A DNA stretch of 64,000 bases from Candidatus Bathyarchaeia archaeon (lineage in GTDB: Archaea > Thermoproteota > Bathyarchaeia > Bathyarchaeales > Bathycorpusculaceae), in assembly GCA_049512935.1 (NCBI GenBank), contig JBEKWR010000010.1, positions 26,426 to 90,425 on the forward strand. Direction: 5' to 3'. The position numbers and the translations under genes are program-made. Shown here in pieces: positions 18,482 to 28,729 of the stretch. The notes beneath the pieces were generated by a model that saw nothing but the letters and a program-made list of their open reading frames with translations, did not search any database and was not told the DNA's origin. The stretch's first letter is position 1. Each line of letters starts with the position of its first letter.

Positions 18482-20242
18482 TTAGAAGTTTAGGGTCACC
18501 TGTGTGCCCGAGGGTGCTCCTGTGACAGTGACTTCTCCCATTGACGTTTCACCCCAGCCTGTAGTCGTGATCATGGTGGCTGAGTAAGTCCAGTTTGTGG
18601 GCGCGGCTGGTGACCCGTTGAATTGTACCGATTTTGGCGCGGAGGCTGCTGAGAACATTTGGTATCCGCCGGTTCCGAGGACCGTGTATTTAATCTGGGT
18701 GGCGTTGATGCTGTTTATCACGATGTTTGAGCCGACTGAGGTCACAGTAAAGTTCGATGTGACGCCGTTCATGATTAAACCGTTAAATGTAAGCGTGTCG
18801 CCGTACTGGCTGAAACCTTGCAGCGTCGCAGCGGATCCAAAGCCCACGCTGTAACCGCTTGACCCTAGAAAACTGTTACTGGTTGGTACGGTGGCGTTGG
18901 AAGGCGAGTAAGCGTTGAGGGCGGGGTAGAAAGTGAATTGGTCCTGAGGGTCGGTCAGGAAGTGAGGTGATCCATAGTCTTGATAGGTGTGAATGTACAC
19001 GATCGGGTTTGCTGTATCGTTGAAGTTGAAAGTGTAGATTCGCGCGGTCGCGGCGCCCATCTGGTTATCCACTTCTTGACGGTTGAAGAAAATCTCTTCT
19101 CTGTTCCCAACTCTGAGGTTGTCTGCTGTGCCTCCTTCCCCGTAGTCGTGCCCGTTTAAGGTCATGAACACGTTCGGGTAGTTGTTTAGTATCTTTTCAA
19201 AGTTTGTCGCCCAAGTTACATCGTAAGCATCAAGGGTGCCGTAAGTCCCGTTTCCGTTAAGGTAATTGTGCGTTGCCACGATCACGTTGACGTTCGGGTT
19301 CGCCGCCAACAAGCCTTGCATCCAGTTCAGGACAGTCTGGTTAGCGTCGTACTCAACGTTGATTATCATGAAACGGTAGCTGCCGAAGCTGAACTGTACC
19401 GCCGTGCTTGCGCCGTTGAAGATGTCTCCGACCCAGTATGGGTTTTGGCGCATGAGTGTTACGTTGAAGGCAGGGTAGTTTCCGCCTATGTACGTGCCGT
19501 TGACGTTTCCGTCGCTGTAGCCGTCGTTGCCTATTTGGTCATGGTTTCCCGCGTCCCAACAGTAAGGAATTTCATTGTAGTACAGAGTCATCATGGCGGC
19601 ATTGGCGTTTTGCCAGTCAGTTAAATTGTTTGGTGTCTCCACGATGTCTCCTGTGTGAACAACCATTGCCAGATTTAGCGCCTCGCTGTTATTCACTATC
19701 CAACTGGTTAAGCCGCTGTATGCGGCTGGATAAGAGTCGCTCAAGTATTGGGTGTCTGTGATTTGAACTATGCTAAATGAGACACCGATTGGATTCTCCG
19801 TGGGCAGGTCACTTTGAGCTTGCATGCTTGCTACATTCCCGTTCAAAGTTGCTATTTCCGTGTTGTCTGCTGCCGCTATCGACTGCTCTGATTGCAACGC
19901 CGATGTGGTAGACGCTAACGAATCCTGAGCTGCCGCCAGTTCATACTGCGTCTTTAACAATGTGGTTGATGTCACTGTTTCCGTGGCTTTCAGAGAATTG
20001 TATTTTTCGACTTCAGAGTTGAGTTTGTTCTGAAGATCTGTGTTATTGGCCTTCATTGATGACACTTGCGCTGTAAGGTCAGCTATTTGGGCGTTCAAAG
20101 AATCGATGGTCTTGTTTTGGGAAGACGCGCGGGTTTGGCTCACACTTAGATTTTGCAGCAAGCCGCCCACAGCGATTACGGTAACGATGCATAAAACTGC
20201 GATGCCCAATACAAGTTTTCTACTAACAGACTTTTTGCTCAT
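18482..20242 (-). CDS. Membrane-anchored/secreted calcineurin-like metallophosphoesterase with coiled-coil stalk
   Basis: N-terminal TM, a heptad-rich segment, then DTQY, HTGDIV, GNHD, ATH, LNGH. Confidence 0.8.
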   Translation of the reverse strand: MSKKSVSRKLVLGIAVLCIVTVIAVGGLLQNLSVSQTRASSQNKTIDSLNAQIADLTAQVSSMKANNTDLQNKLNSEVEKYNSLKATETVTSTTLLKTQYELAAAQDSLASTTSALQSEQSIAAADNTEIATLNGNVASMQAQSDLPTENPIGVSFSIVQITDTQYLSDSYPAAYSGLTSWIVNNSEALNLAMVVHTGDIVETPNNLTDWQNANAAMMTLYYNEIPYCWDAGNHDQIGNDGYSDGNVNGTYIGGNYPAFNVTLMRQNPYWVGDIFNGASTAVQFSFGSYRFMIINVEYDANQTVLNWMQGLLAANPNVNVIVATHNYLNGNGTYGTLDAYDVTWATNFEKILNNYPNVFMTLNGHDYGEGGTADNLRVGNREEIFFNRQEVDNQMGAATARIYTFNFNDTANPIVYIHTYQDYGSPHFLTDPQDQFTFYPALNAYSPSNATVPTSNSFLGSSGYSVGFGSAATLQGFSQYGDTLTFNGLIMNGVTSNFTVTSVGSNIVINSINATQIKYTVLGTGGYQMFSAASAPKSVQFNGSPAAPTNWTYSATMITTTGWGETSMGEVTVTGAPSGTQVTLNF

Positions 20243-20671
20243 AATCTTCCCCGCTTCGAAGCCCTTTTACTCCGATGAAACAATGGAACGATGTCTTTTT
20301 ATATTTTGCTTAAAAAAAAACTATTGGAAAAATATTATCGTATGCAATGATTCTTACGTTTTATTCTTGCAGTCGCAATTTGGGTCAACTGCATCGCCCT
20401 GCCCTCATTGGTAGGGCTTTAAATTGTTGACGACCACCTTTAGAATGGAAATAAGCCGCCAAGTACGACGTGTTGGGTTAAGACGCCCCCTCACAGTCCG
20501 CGTCGTTGTTTGCTGCTTGCGGCATAGCTCTAAACACCTTTGCTGATGGCAAGCTACCGTTTGAACGCTTTAACCGTGGCTCTGCACAGAGAGCGTGAAA
20601 AAAGACGAGGCACCCTGTTTTTGCAGTTTTGATAGCGACGTGTTTTTAGGCGGTTGGAAAGCGGTGAAGCT

Positions 20672-21652
20672 TTAGCGTGTAGTGTGTTTCTTGACTTTTC
20701 TAGCTTCTTTTACTGTCTTGTGAGATCTGTTTCTTTTTAGCATCAGCATGGCTGCGGTGGCTGCTATTGCAAGAACCACTACCACGATTACCACGATGGC
20801 AATCGTCGTGACGATTGAGGAGCTTTTCTGGTTTCCCGGTGACTGCGTAGATGACGAGGCTGTGCTGGTTGGGGACGTGGTGGAAGTTGCATTGCCCACG
20901 TTGGAGGTGCTATTGGGTGGGGTTCCTGTAAGAATAGGCGCTTGAGTTTGAACTAGCAGTTGGTAACTGTATATTTTCATGCTTGCTGGTACCTGTGACT
21001 GGTTTAGGTCAAACGCGGCGACTTGGAATGTGGTTGATTGTGAGGGTTCAAGAACGGTAGGGGTCAGGTAATTCGTGTATCCTACGGCAACTACGCCTCC
21101 GGTGGAGTTATAGAATGTTCCAACGATGTACACGTTTGTCGCTGCCTGGTTACCTGTGTTTTTCACTTCGCCGTTAACCAGATAGACACCGGTGAAGTTG
21201 CCGAATGTGCCGATTGATCCCGTGTGGCTTGTGATGGTTAAGCCTTGGTATTGGTAGCTGTTTGTCGCGTTGGCCTGAGCGACGTTTAGGTATATGGTGT
21301 AATGGTATGATGGGTCCCAGTAATCGGAAGTGCCGCCCTGTGGCTCGTAGAATTCTATATAGAAGGGCGCTGACTGCCCAGGGATTAGGTCTGACACGTA
21401 AGCTTGACAGGCAGAGTCGTCAAGATCTGTTGTGCCAGCGTATACTGATCCAGTCAAATACACCTGTGAAAGTGTGGTGTTACCCACATTTCGGATTTCG
21501 CCAACCACGTCAAGAATGCCTTCTTGGTCAACGTACCAGCTGTGGCTTAGAATCTTGACGTTTTGGGTTTGGCTGTGCGCCTTAGGAACTGAGATTAACC
21601 CTACAGATAGCATTAACAAAGCGACCAAGAAATAAACCGTTTTCTTTCTCAT
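20672..21652 (-). CDS. Secreted protein with two FxLYD-type Ig-like domains and C-terminal TM
   Basis: VVGEIRNVG and VNGEVKNTG..VGTFYNSTG..V repeats, an S/T linker, TM and basic tail. Confidence 0.75.
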   Translation of the reverse strand: MRKKTVYFLVALLMLSVGLISVPKAHSQTQNVKILSHSWYVDQEGILDVVGEIRNVGNTTLSQVYLTGSVYAGTTDLDDSACQAYVSDLIPGQSAPFYIEFYEPQGGTSDYWDPSYHYTIYLNVAQANATNSYQYQGLTITSHTGSIGTFGNFTGVYLVNGEVKNTGNQAATNVYIVGTFYNSTGGVVAVGYTNYLTPTVLEPSQSTTFQVAAFDLNQSQVPASMKIYSYQLLVQTQAPILTGTPPNSTSNVGNATSTTSPTSTASSSTQSPGNQKSSSIVTTIAIVVIVVVVLAIAATAAMLMLKRNRSHKTVKEARKVKKHTTR

Positions 21653-21867
21653 GAAATTTCCTCTCTCATCCATGCGGAATTCTAAAGCGAACCAATGACG
21701 CATGCATAACAACTTTGCAGTATAAAATGCTTTTTCCAAATGTCAAATTTGGCGTAATCGCAGATTTTTTTCAGGATAAGTGCTTATCTAACGGGTTTTG
21801 GTTCACATCTTCGTTTTCTACGATGTGTTAAGACGAGGTTGAAAATGAGTCTTTGCCGTGGGAGGTC

Positions 21868-22857
21868 TTAGCGCGCATTTTGTTTTCTGACTTTTTTCAC
21901 TTCTTTCACTGACATTTTACGCGTTTTGTCTCTTCTCAACATCAGCAAAGCTCCAGCAACTACTACGGCAAGGATTACCACGGCGATTACAACCACGGCG
22001 ATTTTCACGTTGATCGATGTATCTTTGGGGCTGCCAGGTTGCGTCGAAGAGGCTGAGGAAGAACTTGTTTTAGAGATTTTACCAGAGCCTTGAGCGTTGT
22101 CAGCTGCAGGTGGGATTCCCTGGAGAAATGGTCCAGTGGACTGAACTATTAGCGAGTAGGTTGAGATCTTTTCCCATGAAGGGATGGTTGTCGCGTTTAA
22201 GTCGTACGCGTAAACTTGAAATGGTACTGTTGCGGAAGGCGCCAGACTAGGCGTTATCCATGGATTGCCAAGTTGATAAGTGGTTCCTACGGCGACTACG
22301 GTGCCCGTCGCGTTGTAGAAGGTTGCAGCCAACGTTATGTTGTAGGCTGTCTGGGTTCCAGTGTTTTGAATGACTCCGTTGACGACATAGAGGTCGTTTG
22401 CGTCTCCCGTGCCGATTGTAAGTGAAGAACTTGGAACGCTAAAGTCTGAGTATTCATAGCTGCCCGTAGCGTTTCCCTGAGAAGGCGTCAAAGTGATGTT
22501 GCCGATGCCTGAAAGCTGCCATCCCGAAATGCCCGGAGGAGCCTGAAATTGCATGTAAAAGGGCGCTTTCTGCTGTGGAGCCAGATAGCTCTGCCACACT
22601 TGACAAAACGACGAGCTAATTTCCTCCCCTTTTGGCGTCGAAACTTGGACTGAACCCGTCAAATATGGTTGTTGTATGGTGGTGGAGCCGATGTTCTGAA
22701 CTTCTCCGACCACGTCAAGAAACCCTGTGCTGTCGATGTAGTAGGTGTAGGGTAAGATTTTGATGTTTTGTGTTTGACTTGACGCGTTTGGGATCAGCGC
22801 AACACTCAACGATAACATCGACAACGCGACAAACAAGTAAACGGCGCTCTTTTTCAT
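21868..22857 (-). CDS. Paralog of the adjacent FxLYD-type surface protein
   Basis: SQTQNIKIL..YYIDSTGFLDVVGEVQNIG, APFY, VNGVIQNTG..ATFYNATG; same architecture as 20672-21652. Confidence 0.75.
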   Translation of the reverse strand: MKKSAVYLFVALSMLSLSVALIPNASSQTQNIKILPYTYYIDSTGFLDVVGEVQNIGSTTIQQPYLTGSVQVSTPKGEEISSSFCQVWQSYLAPQQKAPFYMQFQAPPGISGWQLSGIGNITLTPSQGNATGSYEYSDFSVPSSSLTIGTGDANDLYVVNGVIQNTGTQTAYNITLAATFYNATGTVVAVGTTYQLGNPWITPSLAPSATVPFQVYAYDLNATTIPSWEKISTYSLIVQSTGPFLQGIPPAADNAQGSGKISKTSSSSASSTQPGSPKDTSINVKIAVVVIAVVILAVVVAGALLMLRRDKTRKMSVKEVKKVRKQNAR

Positions 22858-23113
22858 GAAACTCTTTCCCCGATAATCCCTCCAATACGAGCTTGTAGTA
22901 TAAAATATTTTTTCAAAAACCTCAAATCAACTTGCTCCACGGTTTTTGCAGGATTACTCTTTAAGGCTTTAGTGTTAGTTGAACGTGGTCAACTGTGTCG
23001 CCGAACCGAGGAAAGGAAGTGCGGAACGCTTTTAAGAATGGCGAGTTAAATGCAAAATGCAAGAGTTGAATAGTCGAAGTCTTGCAGTTAGGCTTTCAGC
23101 CGAGGCGCAAAAA

Positions 23114-24322
23114 ATGCAGTACAGAGTTGTTCCTAAAAACGGCGATAGATTGTCAGTTTTAGGTTTTGGAGCCATGCGTTTGCCCTTAAAGGGACAGGAA
23201 ATCGATGAGGAACGCGCAATTGCGCAGATTCGCTATGCCATCGACAACGGCGTAAACTACGTTGACTCCGCCCCGCCATACCATAACGGCGAAAGCGAAA
23301 GAGTGGTTGGGAAAGCTCTTTTAGACGGCTACCGCGAAAAAGTGAAGGTAGCCACTAAACTTACGTCTTTTCTGCTAAGTAAGCCTGAAGACATGGAGAA
23401 AATGCTGAATACGCAACTGCGAAAGCTGCAGACAGACCATATCGACTATTACCTGTTGCACGGGTTGGAAGAAGAATCTTGGAAGAAACTGCAGGGCTTC
23501 CACGTTTTGGAGTTCTTGGGAAAAGCGAAGGCTGACGGAAAAATCGTCAATGCGGGCTTCTCGTTTCACGGGTCACTTAAAACTTTCAAAGAGATCATCG
23601 GCGCCAACGATTGGGCGATGTGCCAGATACTTTACAATTTTTTGGACGAAAAATTGCAGGCTGGAACCCGCGGTCTAAGGTATGCTGCGTCAAAGGGTCT
23701 GGCGGTTATGGTCATGGAGCCGCTTAGAGGCGGAGCGTTGGCTGGCAACCTTCCAAACGAGGTCAAACAGCTTTACGAGAACGCGAAGCCTCAGCGGTCC
23801 GCCGCCGAGTGGGCTCTCCGATGGGTCTGGAATCACCCCGAAGTAACAGTTGCCCTTTCGGGAATGAACGAGGAAAGCCAAGTTGTCGAAAACATCAGAG
23901 TCGCCGAAACCGCGCTGCCCTGCTCGATGAAGCGTAAAGAGTTGGCTGTTGTCCAAAGCGCAGCGGATTCTTACAGGCGCCTCATGAAGGTTCCATGCAC
24001 TGGCTGCCAATACTGCATGCCTTGCCCCTACGGAGTGAACATCCCCAGCAACTTCCGCATCTACAACGACTATCACATGTTCGGCGACGAGGAAAAATCA
24101 CGCGCAATCTACGCCAGAATGCTTCTTGGCATGCTGACTGGCAAACGCGCCGACGCCTCGCTATGCAAAGAATGCAAAAAATGCATGGAACGCTGCCCAC
24201 AGCACATCGCAATCCCAGAGCAGCTTAAATCAGTGTCAAAAGAACTCGGCGGACCCAAAACAGAAGCGATGCTTGCCCCTCAAAAAAACGTCCAGTTACA
24301 AAACCCAGCGAAACCCACGTAA
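23114..24322 (+). CDS. Aldo/keto reductase with C-terminal 4Fe-4S dicluster domain
   Basis: SVLGFGAMRLP, NYVDSAPPYH, MEPLRGG, CTGCQYCMPCP and CKECKKCMERCPQ. Confidence 0.9.
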   Translation: MQYRVVPKNGDRLSVLGFGAMRLPLKGQEIDEERAIAQIRYAIDNGVNYVDSAPPYHNGESERVVGKALLDGYREKVKVATKLTSFLLSKPEDMEKMLNTQLRKLQTDHIDYYLLHGLEEESWKKLQGFHVLEFLGKAKADGKIVNAGFSFHGSLKTFKEIIGANDWAMCQILYNFLDEKLQAGTRGLRYAASKGLAVMVMEPLRGGALAGNLPNEVKQLYENAKPQRSAAEWALRWVWNHPEVTVALSGMNEESQVVENIRVAETALPCSMKRKELAVVQSAADSYRRLMKVPCTGCQYCMPCPYGVNIPSNFRIYNDYHMFGDEEKSRAIYARMLLGMLTGKRADASLCKECKKCMERCPQHIAIPEQLKSVSKELGGPKTEAMLAPQKNVQLQNPAKPT

Positions 24323-24425
24323 ACCGTCTGATCCTTTTAAACATTAATTGCCAACTGTCCATTTAGGCTTCTAGCTGCCGCCTTTTTGACCTCAGGCTTT
24401 ATCGCGGCAAAAATTTAAGGAAACT

Positions 24426-26411
24426 TTAGGCTTCAGGCGGTGGCGGAGGTGGAGGAGGCGGGGGTGGCGGCGGTGAAGTTGACGCTTGACGTCTCCAAAG
24501 CAACATCAAAACTGCGACCACCGCTATAATGACCACAATTGCAGCCACTATCATCGTGGTTGAAATTGTCAAAGGCGCTGGCGTCGGAGATGGTGAAGCG
24601 GTGCTTGTGGCGGTCGGTGTCGGCGTGGGCGTAGGACTAACAGGTGTGGTGACAGTTATCTGTGCGACAGAAGAGTTAGCTGAGGCTCCTGCGTCGTCGA
24701 TTACGTCAACCATGAACGACCAGGCTCCCAACGTCGCAGTGCTCGCAAATGTGTACTGGTAGCTTGATGAATCTGCGCCGCCAATTTGCGTGAATGAAGT
24801 GCCGCTTGGCGGCTCAATGAACCACTGGAAACTGTAGGGAGAAGTGCCCCCTGTAACCCCAGAAACGGACAAATCTGTCGTCTGCCCCTGACTCACCGTG
24901 GTCGGCGAAGCAGATGCCGTAGGAACAGCCAATGGGGAGTTAACCGTTACTGTGACTCCTGTAGAGTTCAATTGGCTATCAACGCTGTCAGTTACCTGAG
25001 TCATGAAGGTCCAGTTGCCAGCAGCAGTGGAAGTTGAGGTTACGAAGGCGTAGCTTGTAGAGGTTGCGCCGCTGATTAAGCTGAAAGAAGATGCGCCAGG
25101 CGACAAGCTGAACCATTTGTAAGTGTAAGGAGGAGAGCCTGTTGCGGGTGACGAAAGGGTCAAAGTTGTACTCTGACCCTGATCAACTGCTGCGGCAGAC
25201 GCGGTTGCAGACAAAAATGAACCGAAAGCGTACAATTCATGGTTCCATGAGCCCACGTAGACTATGCCGTTGGCTACGGCGGGAGATGATTCGATGCCGC
25301 CACCGACGCCTGCTGCGTAACTCCACATGCTGCTGCCGTTTGTCGCGTTCAACGCATACAAGCTGCCACTGTTCGAGCCAACGTAGACCACGCCGCCAGC
25401 GACAGCGGGAGAGGACCACAGGTAACCTCCTACGGTGCTTTTCCAATTTAGGGTGCCATTTGCAGCGTTCAAAGCGTACACGTTGCCGTCTTCTGAGCCT
25501 ACGTAAACTGCGCCGCCGACTGCAGCGGGAGACGACCATACGCTGCTACCTGTCGTGTAGTTCCACATAGAGGCGCCTGTTGCGGCGTTGAGAGCATACA
25601 CTTTGTCGTCGATTGAGCCTACGTAGACTATGTCGCCTAAAACAGCTGGCGACGACCAAACGCTGCTGCCTGTTGCAAAACTCCACACAAACGACCCAGT
25701 TGTAGCGTTTAGTGCATACAGGCTGTCGTCATAAGAGCCGAAGTAAACTATGCCGTTTGAAACGGCAGCGGATGAGTTGACAGAGTTTCCTGTGATGTAA
25801 TTCCACAGAATGGTTCCAGTTGTCGCGTTCAAAGCGTACAGGTTCCCATCCTGTGAGCCAACGTATACTATGCCGTTTGCAACGGCGGGAGACGATTCGA
25901 CAGCGCCACCTGTTTTGTAACTCCAAACCTTGATGCCAGTCGCCGCGTTCAAAGCGTACACGCTATCGTCGTATGACCCGACATAGACTACGCCGCCTGC
26001 CACAGCGGGAGAAGAACCCACAACGTTACCCGTCGTGTAATTCCACAGTTTGCCGCCCGTCAAAGCGTTCAGTGCATAGACGTTATCGTCGTACGAACCG
26101 ACGTAGACCACGCCGCCGACAACTGTCGGCGAGGAAGTCACGTTGCCGCCTGTTGTGAAGTTCCACAAAAGCTTGCTTGTAACGGGCGCAAGCGACAACG
26201 AACTGCCGGAGTGGCTTAAATTATCATGAAACATTGACCATACGCTGGGGTTCCCATTGGAATCGCTGCTCTGATTGTTCGAGCTAGCCAACGTAAACGT
26301 TCCAAGCAAGACCGAACTCACGATGCTTACTAAAAGAATGACTGTTAGCACGGTTAACAATGCTTTCTTGTTCACGATTTCCCGCCTCATTTCTCTTTCA
26401 CGCTTGCGCAC
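24426..26411 (-). CDS. PQQ-like/BamB-type beta-propeller surface protein with Ig-like domains, TM and poly-Pro tail
   Basis: Eight SSPAV..G.VYVGS.D..VYALNA.TG...W repeats, a PT linker, TM and a C-terminal run of 13 Pro. Start uncertain. Confidence 0.85.
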   Translation of the reverse strand: MRKREREMRREIVNKKALLTVLTVILLVSIVSSVLLGTFTLASSNNQSSDSNGNPSVWSMFHDNLSHSGSSLSLAPVTSKLLWNFTTGGNVTSSPTVVGGVVYVGSYDDNVYALNALTGGKLWNYTTGNVVGSSPAVAGGVVYVGSYDDSVYALNAATGIKVWSYKTGGAVESSPAVANGIVYVGSQDGNLYALNATTGTILWNYITGNSVNSSAAVSNGIVYFGSYDDSLYALNATTGSFVWSFATGSSVWSSPAVLGDIVYVGSIDDKVYALNAATGASMWNYTTGSSVWSSPAAVGGAVYVGSEDGNVYALNAANGTLNWKSTVGGYLWSSPAVAGGVVYVGSNSGSLYALNATNGSSMWSYAAGVGGGIESSPAVANGIVYVGSWNHELYAFGSFLSATASAAAVDQGQSTTLTLSSPATGSPPYTYKWFSLSPGASSFSLISGATSTSYAFVTSTSTAAGNWTFMTQVTDSVDSQLNSTGVTVTVNSPLAVPTASASPTTVSQGQTTDLSVSGVTGGTSPYSFQWFIEPPSGTSFTQIGGADSSSYQYTFASTATLGAWSFMVDVIDDAGASANSSVAQITVTTPVSPTPTPTPTATSTASPSPTPAPLTISTTMIVAAIVVIIAVVAVLMLLWRRQASTSPPPPPPPPPPPPPEA

Positions 26412-26545
26412 AATAAAAGGTTTCAGCTAACACATGTCTCTTTGTTTTTTGCTTGCTCGTTGCAAGTGCTGGAAAAACGTTTGGAACCGTGGTTTCGTCA
26501 GGTCTGCGGCGGTTTTGGTGAATTCTTTGGTTTGGTTGAGCAAGA

Positions 26546-26583
26546 TTAAATAGTTAGCACTAATAGTTAGCATTTCTAATCAT
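26546..26583 (+). promoter_or_regulatory. Probable promoter and MarR operator
   Basis: TTAAATA box followed by AATAGTTAGCA twice (26549, 26562) and the imperfect palindrome ATAGTTAG-N5-CTAATCAT just upstream of marR. Confidence 0.5.
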
Positions 26584-26600
26584 TCGAGTGTGCAATTAAT

Positions 26601-27062
26601 ATGTTAGGAACCCCAGAAGAAGCTGCAAGCGAGCTGCTTGAAGTAGTTCCCGTAATAATGAGAGAAATACGATCCGAGATGCGCAACCAAACCTCGCCCG
26701 ACTTAACTGTTCCCCAGTTTCGAGCCTTAGCCTTCGTCGACCGCAACAAAGGCGCTTCGCTCTCAGCGGTCGCAAACCACATGGGACTGACCTTGCCCTC
26801 AACATCCAGGCTCGTCGACGTTCTCATTGCCCGGCGACTGTTGACTCGGGAGGACAATCCAGCTGACAGGCGACGAATAAAGTTAGGCGTGACAAATCGC
26901 GGATCAACAATTTTAGCCAACTCGCGTCGCGGCACTTTGAAATATCTGGCGGAGAAGCTGAGCGGCATCTCTTCGAACGACAGGAAAGTTATCATTGAAG
27001 GCATGGCGGCGATTCGCTCCGTCTTCATGAGCGGCGCTGAAATAAGCGCGTTGGTGAAGTAA
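26601..27062 (+). CDS. MarR family transcriptional regulator
   Basis: LTVPQFRAL, SLSAVANHMGLTLPSTSRLVDVL, DRRRIKLGVT. Confidence 0.9.
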   Translation: MLGTPEEAASELLEVVPVIMREIRSEMRNQTSPDLTVPQFRALAFVDRNKGASLSAVANHMGLTLPSTSRLVDVLIARRLLTREDNPADRRRIKLGVTNRGSTILANSRRGTLKYLAEKLSGISSNDRKVIIEGMAAIRSVFMSGAEISALVK

Positions 27063-27063
27063 A

Positions 27064-27861
27064 ACGCCAATTCTTTCAACAGACCACTTAACCCGCCGTT
27101 TCGGGGAACTAACAGCCGTCGACAACTTGACAATATCCGTCGATGAAGGCGAAATCTTCGGGCTTCTAGGCCCAAACGGCGCAGGCAAATCCACCGCCAT
27201 CAAAATGATCATCACAATTCTCCCTCCCACGTCAGGGCACGCCACTGTGGGCGGCTTCGACTTAACGCGTAACGCTAACAAGATAAGAAGACTGATCGGC
27301 TACGTACCTCAAATCCTCTCAGCGGACGGCACCCTCACGGGACGCGAGAACCTAATGATATTCAGCAAGTTGTACGATATCCCCAAGGGTGAACGCGCCA
27401 GAAGAATCGACGAGTCACTTGAATTCATGGGTCTCACGGACGCTTCCAATAAGCTTGTGAGAGACTATTCAGGGGGCATGATTAGACGCTTGGAGATAGC
27501 GCAATCCATGCTGCATCGACCCAAAATCCTGTTCTTAGACGAACCCACCATCGGTCTCGACCCAGTGGGGCGCAAAGCAGTGTGGGATCACATCCAAAAG
27601 TTGCAAAAAGACTTTGGAACAACCATCTTTCTAACCACGCACTACATGGAAGAAGCCGACAAACTGTGCGGCAGAGTAGCAATCATGAACTTGGGAAAAC
27701 TGGCAGTGATAGGCTCCCCAGCCTTTTTGAAGGCATCACTGGGAACCGACGACGCCACGCTCGACGACGTGTTTGTCCAATACACTGGAGGAACCCTTGA
27801 AAGAGGCGAAGGCTACCGGGAAGCTTCAAGAACAAGACAGACCGCGCGGAGGCTCAGTTAA
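27064..27861 (+). CDS. ABC exporter ATP-binding subunit (DrrA-like); likely non-canonical start
   Basis: GPNGAGKS, YSGGM, LFLDEPT, TTHYMEEA. The frame extends upstream of TTG 27127 to ACG 27064 (xPILSTDHLTRRFGELTAVDNL). Confidence 0.9.
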   Translation, partial: TPILSTDHLTRRFGELTAVDNLTISVDEGEIFGLLGPNGAGKSTAIKMIITILPPTSGHATVGGFDLTRNANKIRRLIGYVPQILSADGTLTGRENLMIFSKLYDIPKGERARRIDESLEFMGLTDASNKLVRDYSGGMIRRLEIAQSMLHRPKILFLDEPTIGLDPVGRKAVWDHIQKLQKDFGTTIFLTTHYMEEADKLCGRVAIMNLGKLAVIGSPAFLKASLGTDDATLDDVFVQYTGGTLERGEGYREASRTRQTARRLS

Positions 27862-27863
27862 GA

Positions 27864-28670
27864 ATGACCTCGGAACAGTTGAAAGGCGCAGCCAACTCGA
27901 TCGTCAGCTTCTTCAGCAAAACATTTAGCATCGCTGAAATGGAGGTTCGCAAGCTCCGCCACGACCCGACTGAATTGATTACGCGCGCCGTGCAGCCTGC
28001 AATTTGGCTGTTGATTTTCGGCGAAGTCTTCACGAGAATACATCTTATCCCAACAGGAAACCTTTCCTACCTGTCCTTCCTGGCGCCGGGAATTCTAGCG
28101 CAAAGCGTGCTTTTCATAGCAATATTCTACGGCATCGCAGTAATCTGGGAACGCGACCTGGGCATTCTCCACAAGTTCCTTGTCAGCCCAACTCCGCGGG
28201 CAGCGCTGGTTTCGGGCAAGGCTCTGTCAGCAGGCGTTCGCGCGCTCTCCCAAGTTGCCATCATCTACATTCTTGCCCTACTGATCGGCGTAGGCATCAA
28301 CTGGAACCCCATAAACCTGTCACTGGTTCTGGTCGTCGCGTTGTTAGCTTCGGCGCTGTTCTCAACGTTCTCGCTCATCATCGCCTCGCTGGTCAAGACG
28401 CGAGAACGCTTCATGGGCGTCGGACAAATACTGACCATGCCCCTGTTCTTCGCAAGCAACGCCATTTACCCGCTGTCCATGATGCCTGGTTGGCTGCAGG
28501 CGGTCGCTCGGTTTAACCCGCTCACCTACGCCGTGGACGCCATGCGTGGACTCATGATCGTGGGCGGAGTTAGCGTCTACGGGATCGGCATAGACATTCT
28601 TGTGCTCTTCGCCGTCATGGTTGCACTGGTGCTAATCGGAGCCAAAGTCTACCCCAGAGTCGTTATCTAA
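27864..28670 (+). CDS. ABC-2 type exporter permease (DrrB-like)
   Basis: Six-TM pattern, WERDLG, PLFFASNAIYP, NPLTYAVDA. Confidence 0.9.
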   Translation: MTSEQLKGAANSIVSFFSKTFSIAEMEVRKLRHDPTELITRAVQPAIWLLIFGEVFTRIHLIPTGNLSYLSFLAPGILAQSVLFIAIFYGIAVIWERDLGILHKFLVSPTPRAALVSGKALSAGVRALSQVAIIYILALLIGVGINWNPINLSLVLVVALLASALFSTFSLIIASLVKTRERFMGVGQILTMPLFFASNAIYPLSMMPGWLQAVARFNPLTYAVDAMRGLMIVGGVSVYGIGIDILVLFAVMVALVLIGAKVYPRVVI

Positions 28671-28729
28671 AACGGGCAAAATGACTTCGATAACCCTGCC
28701 GACCCTCCGATGAGTCAATCAAGCCTCGT

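Noticed and set aside
25230-26170. ~120-bp tandem DNA repeats
   Set aside because: Fully explained by the coding repeats of the PQQ-like beta-propeller; the same applies to 59540-60490.
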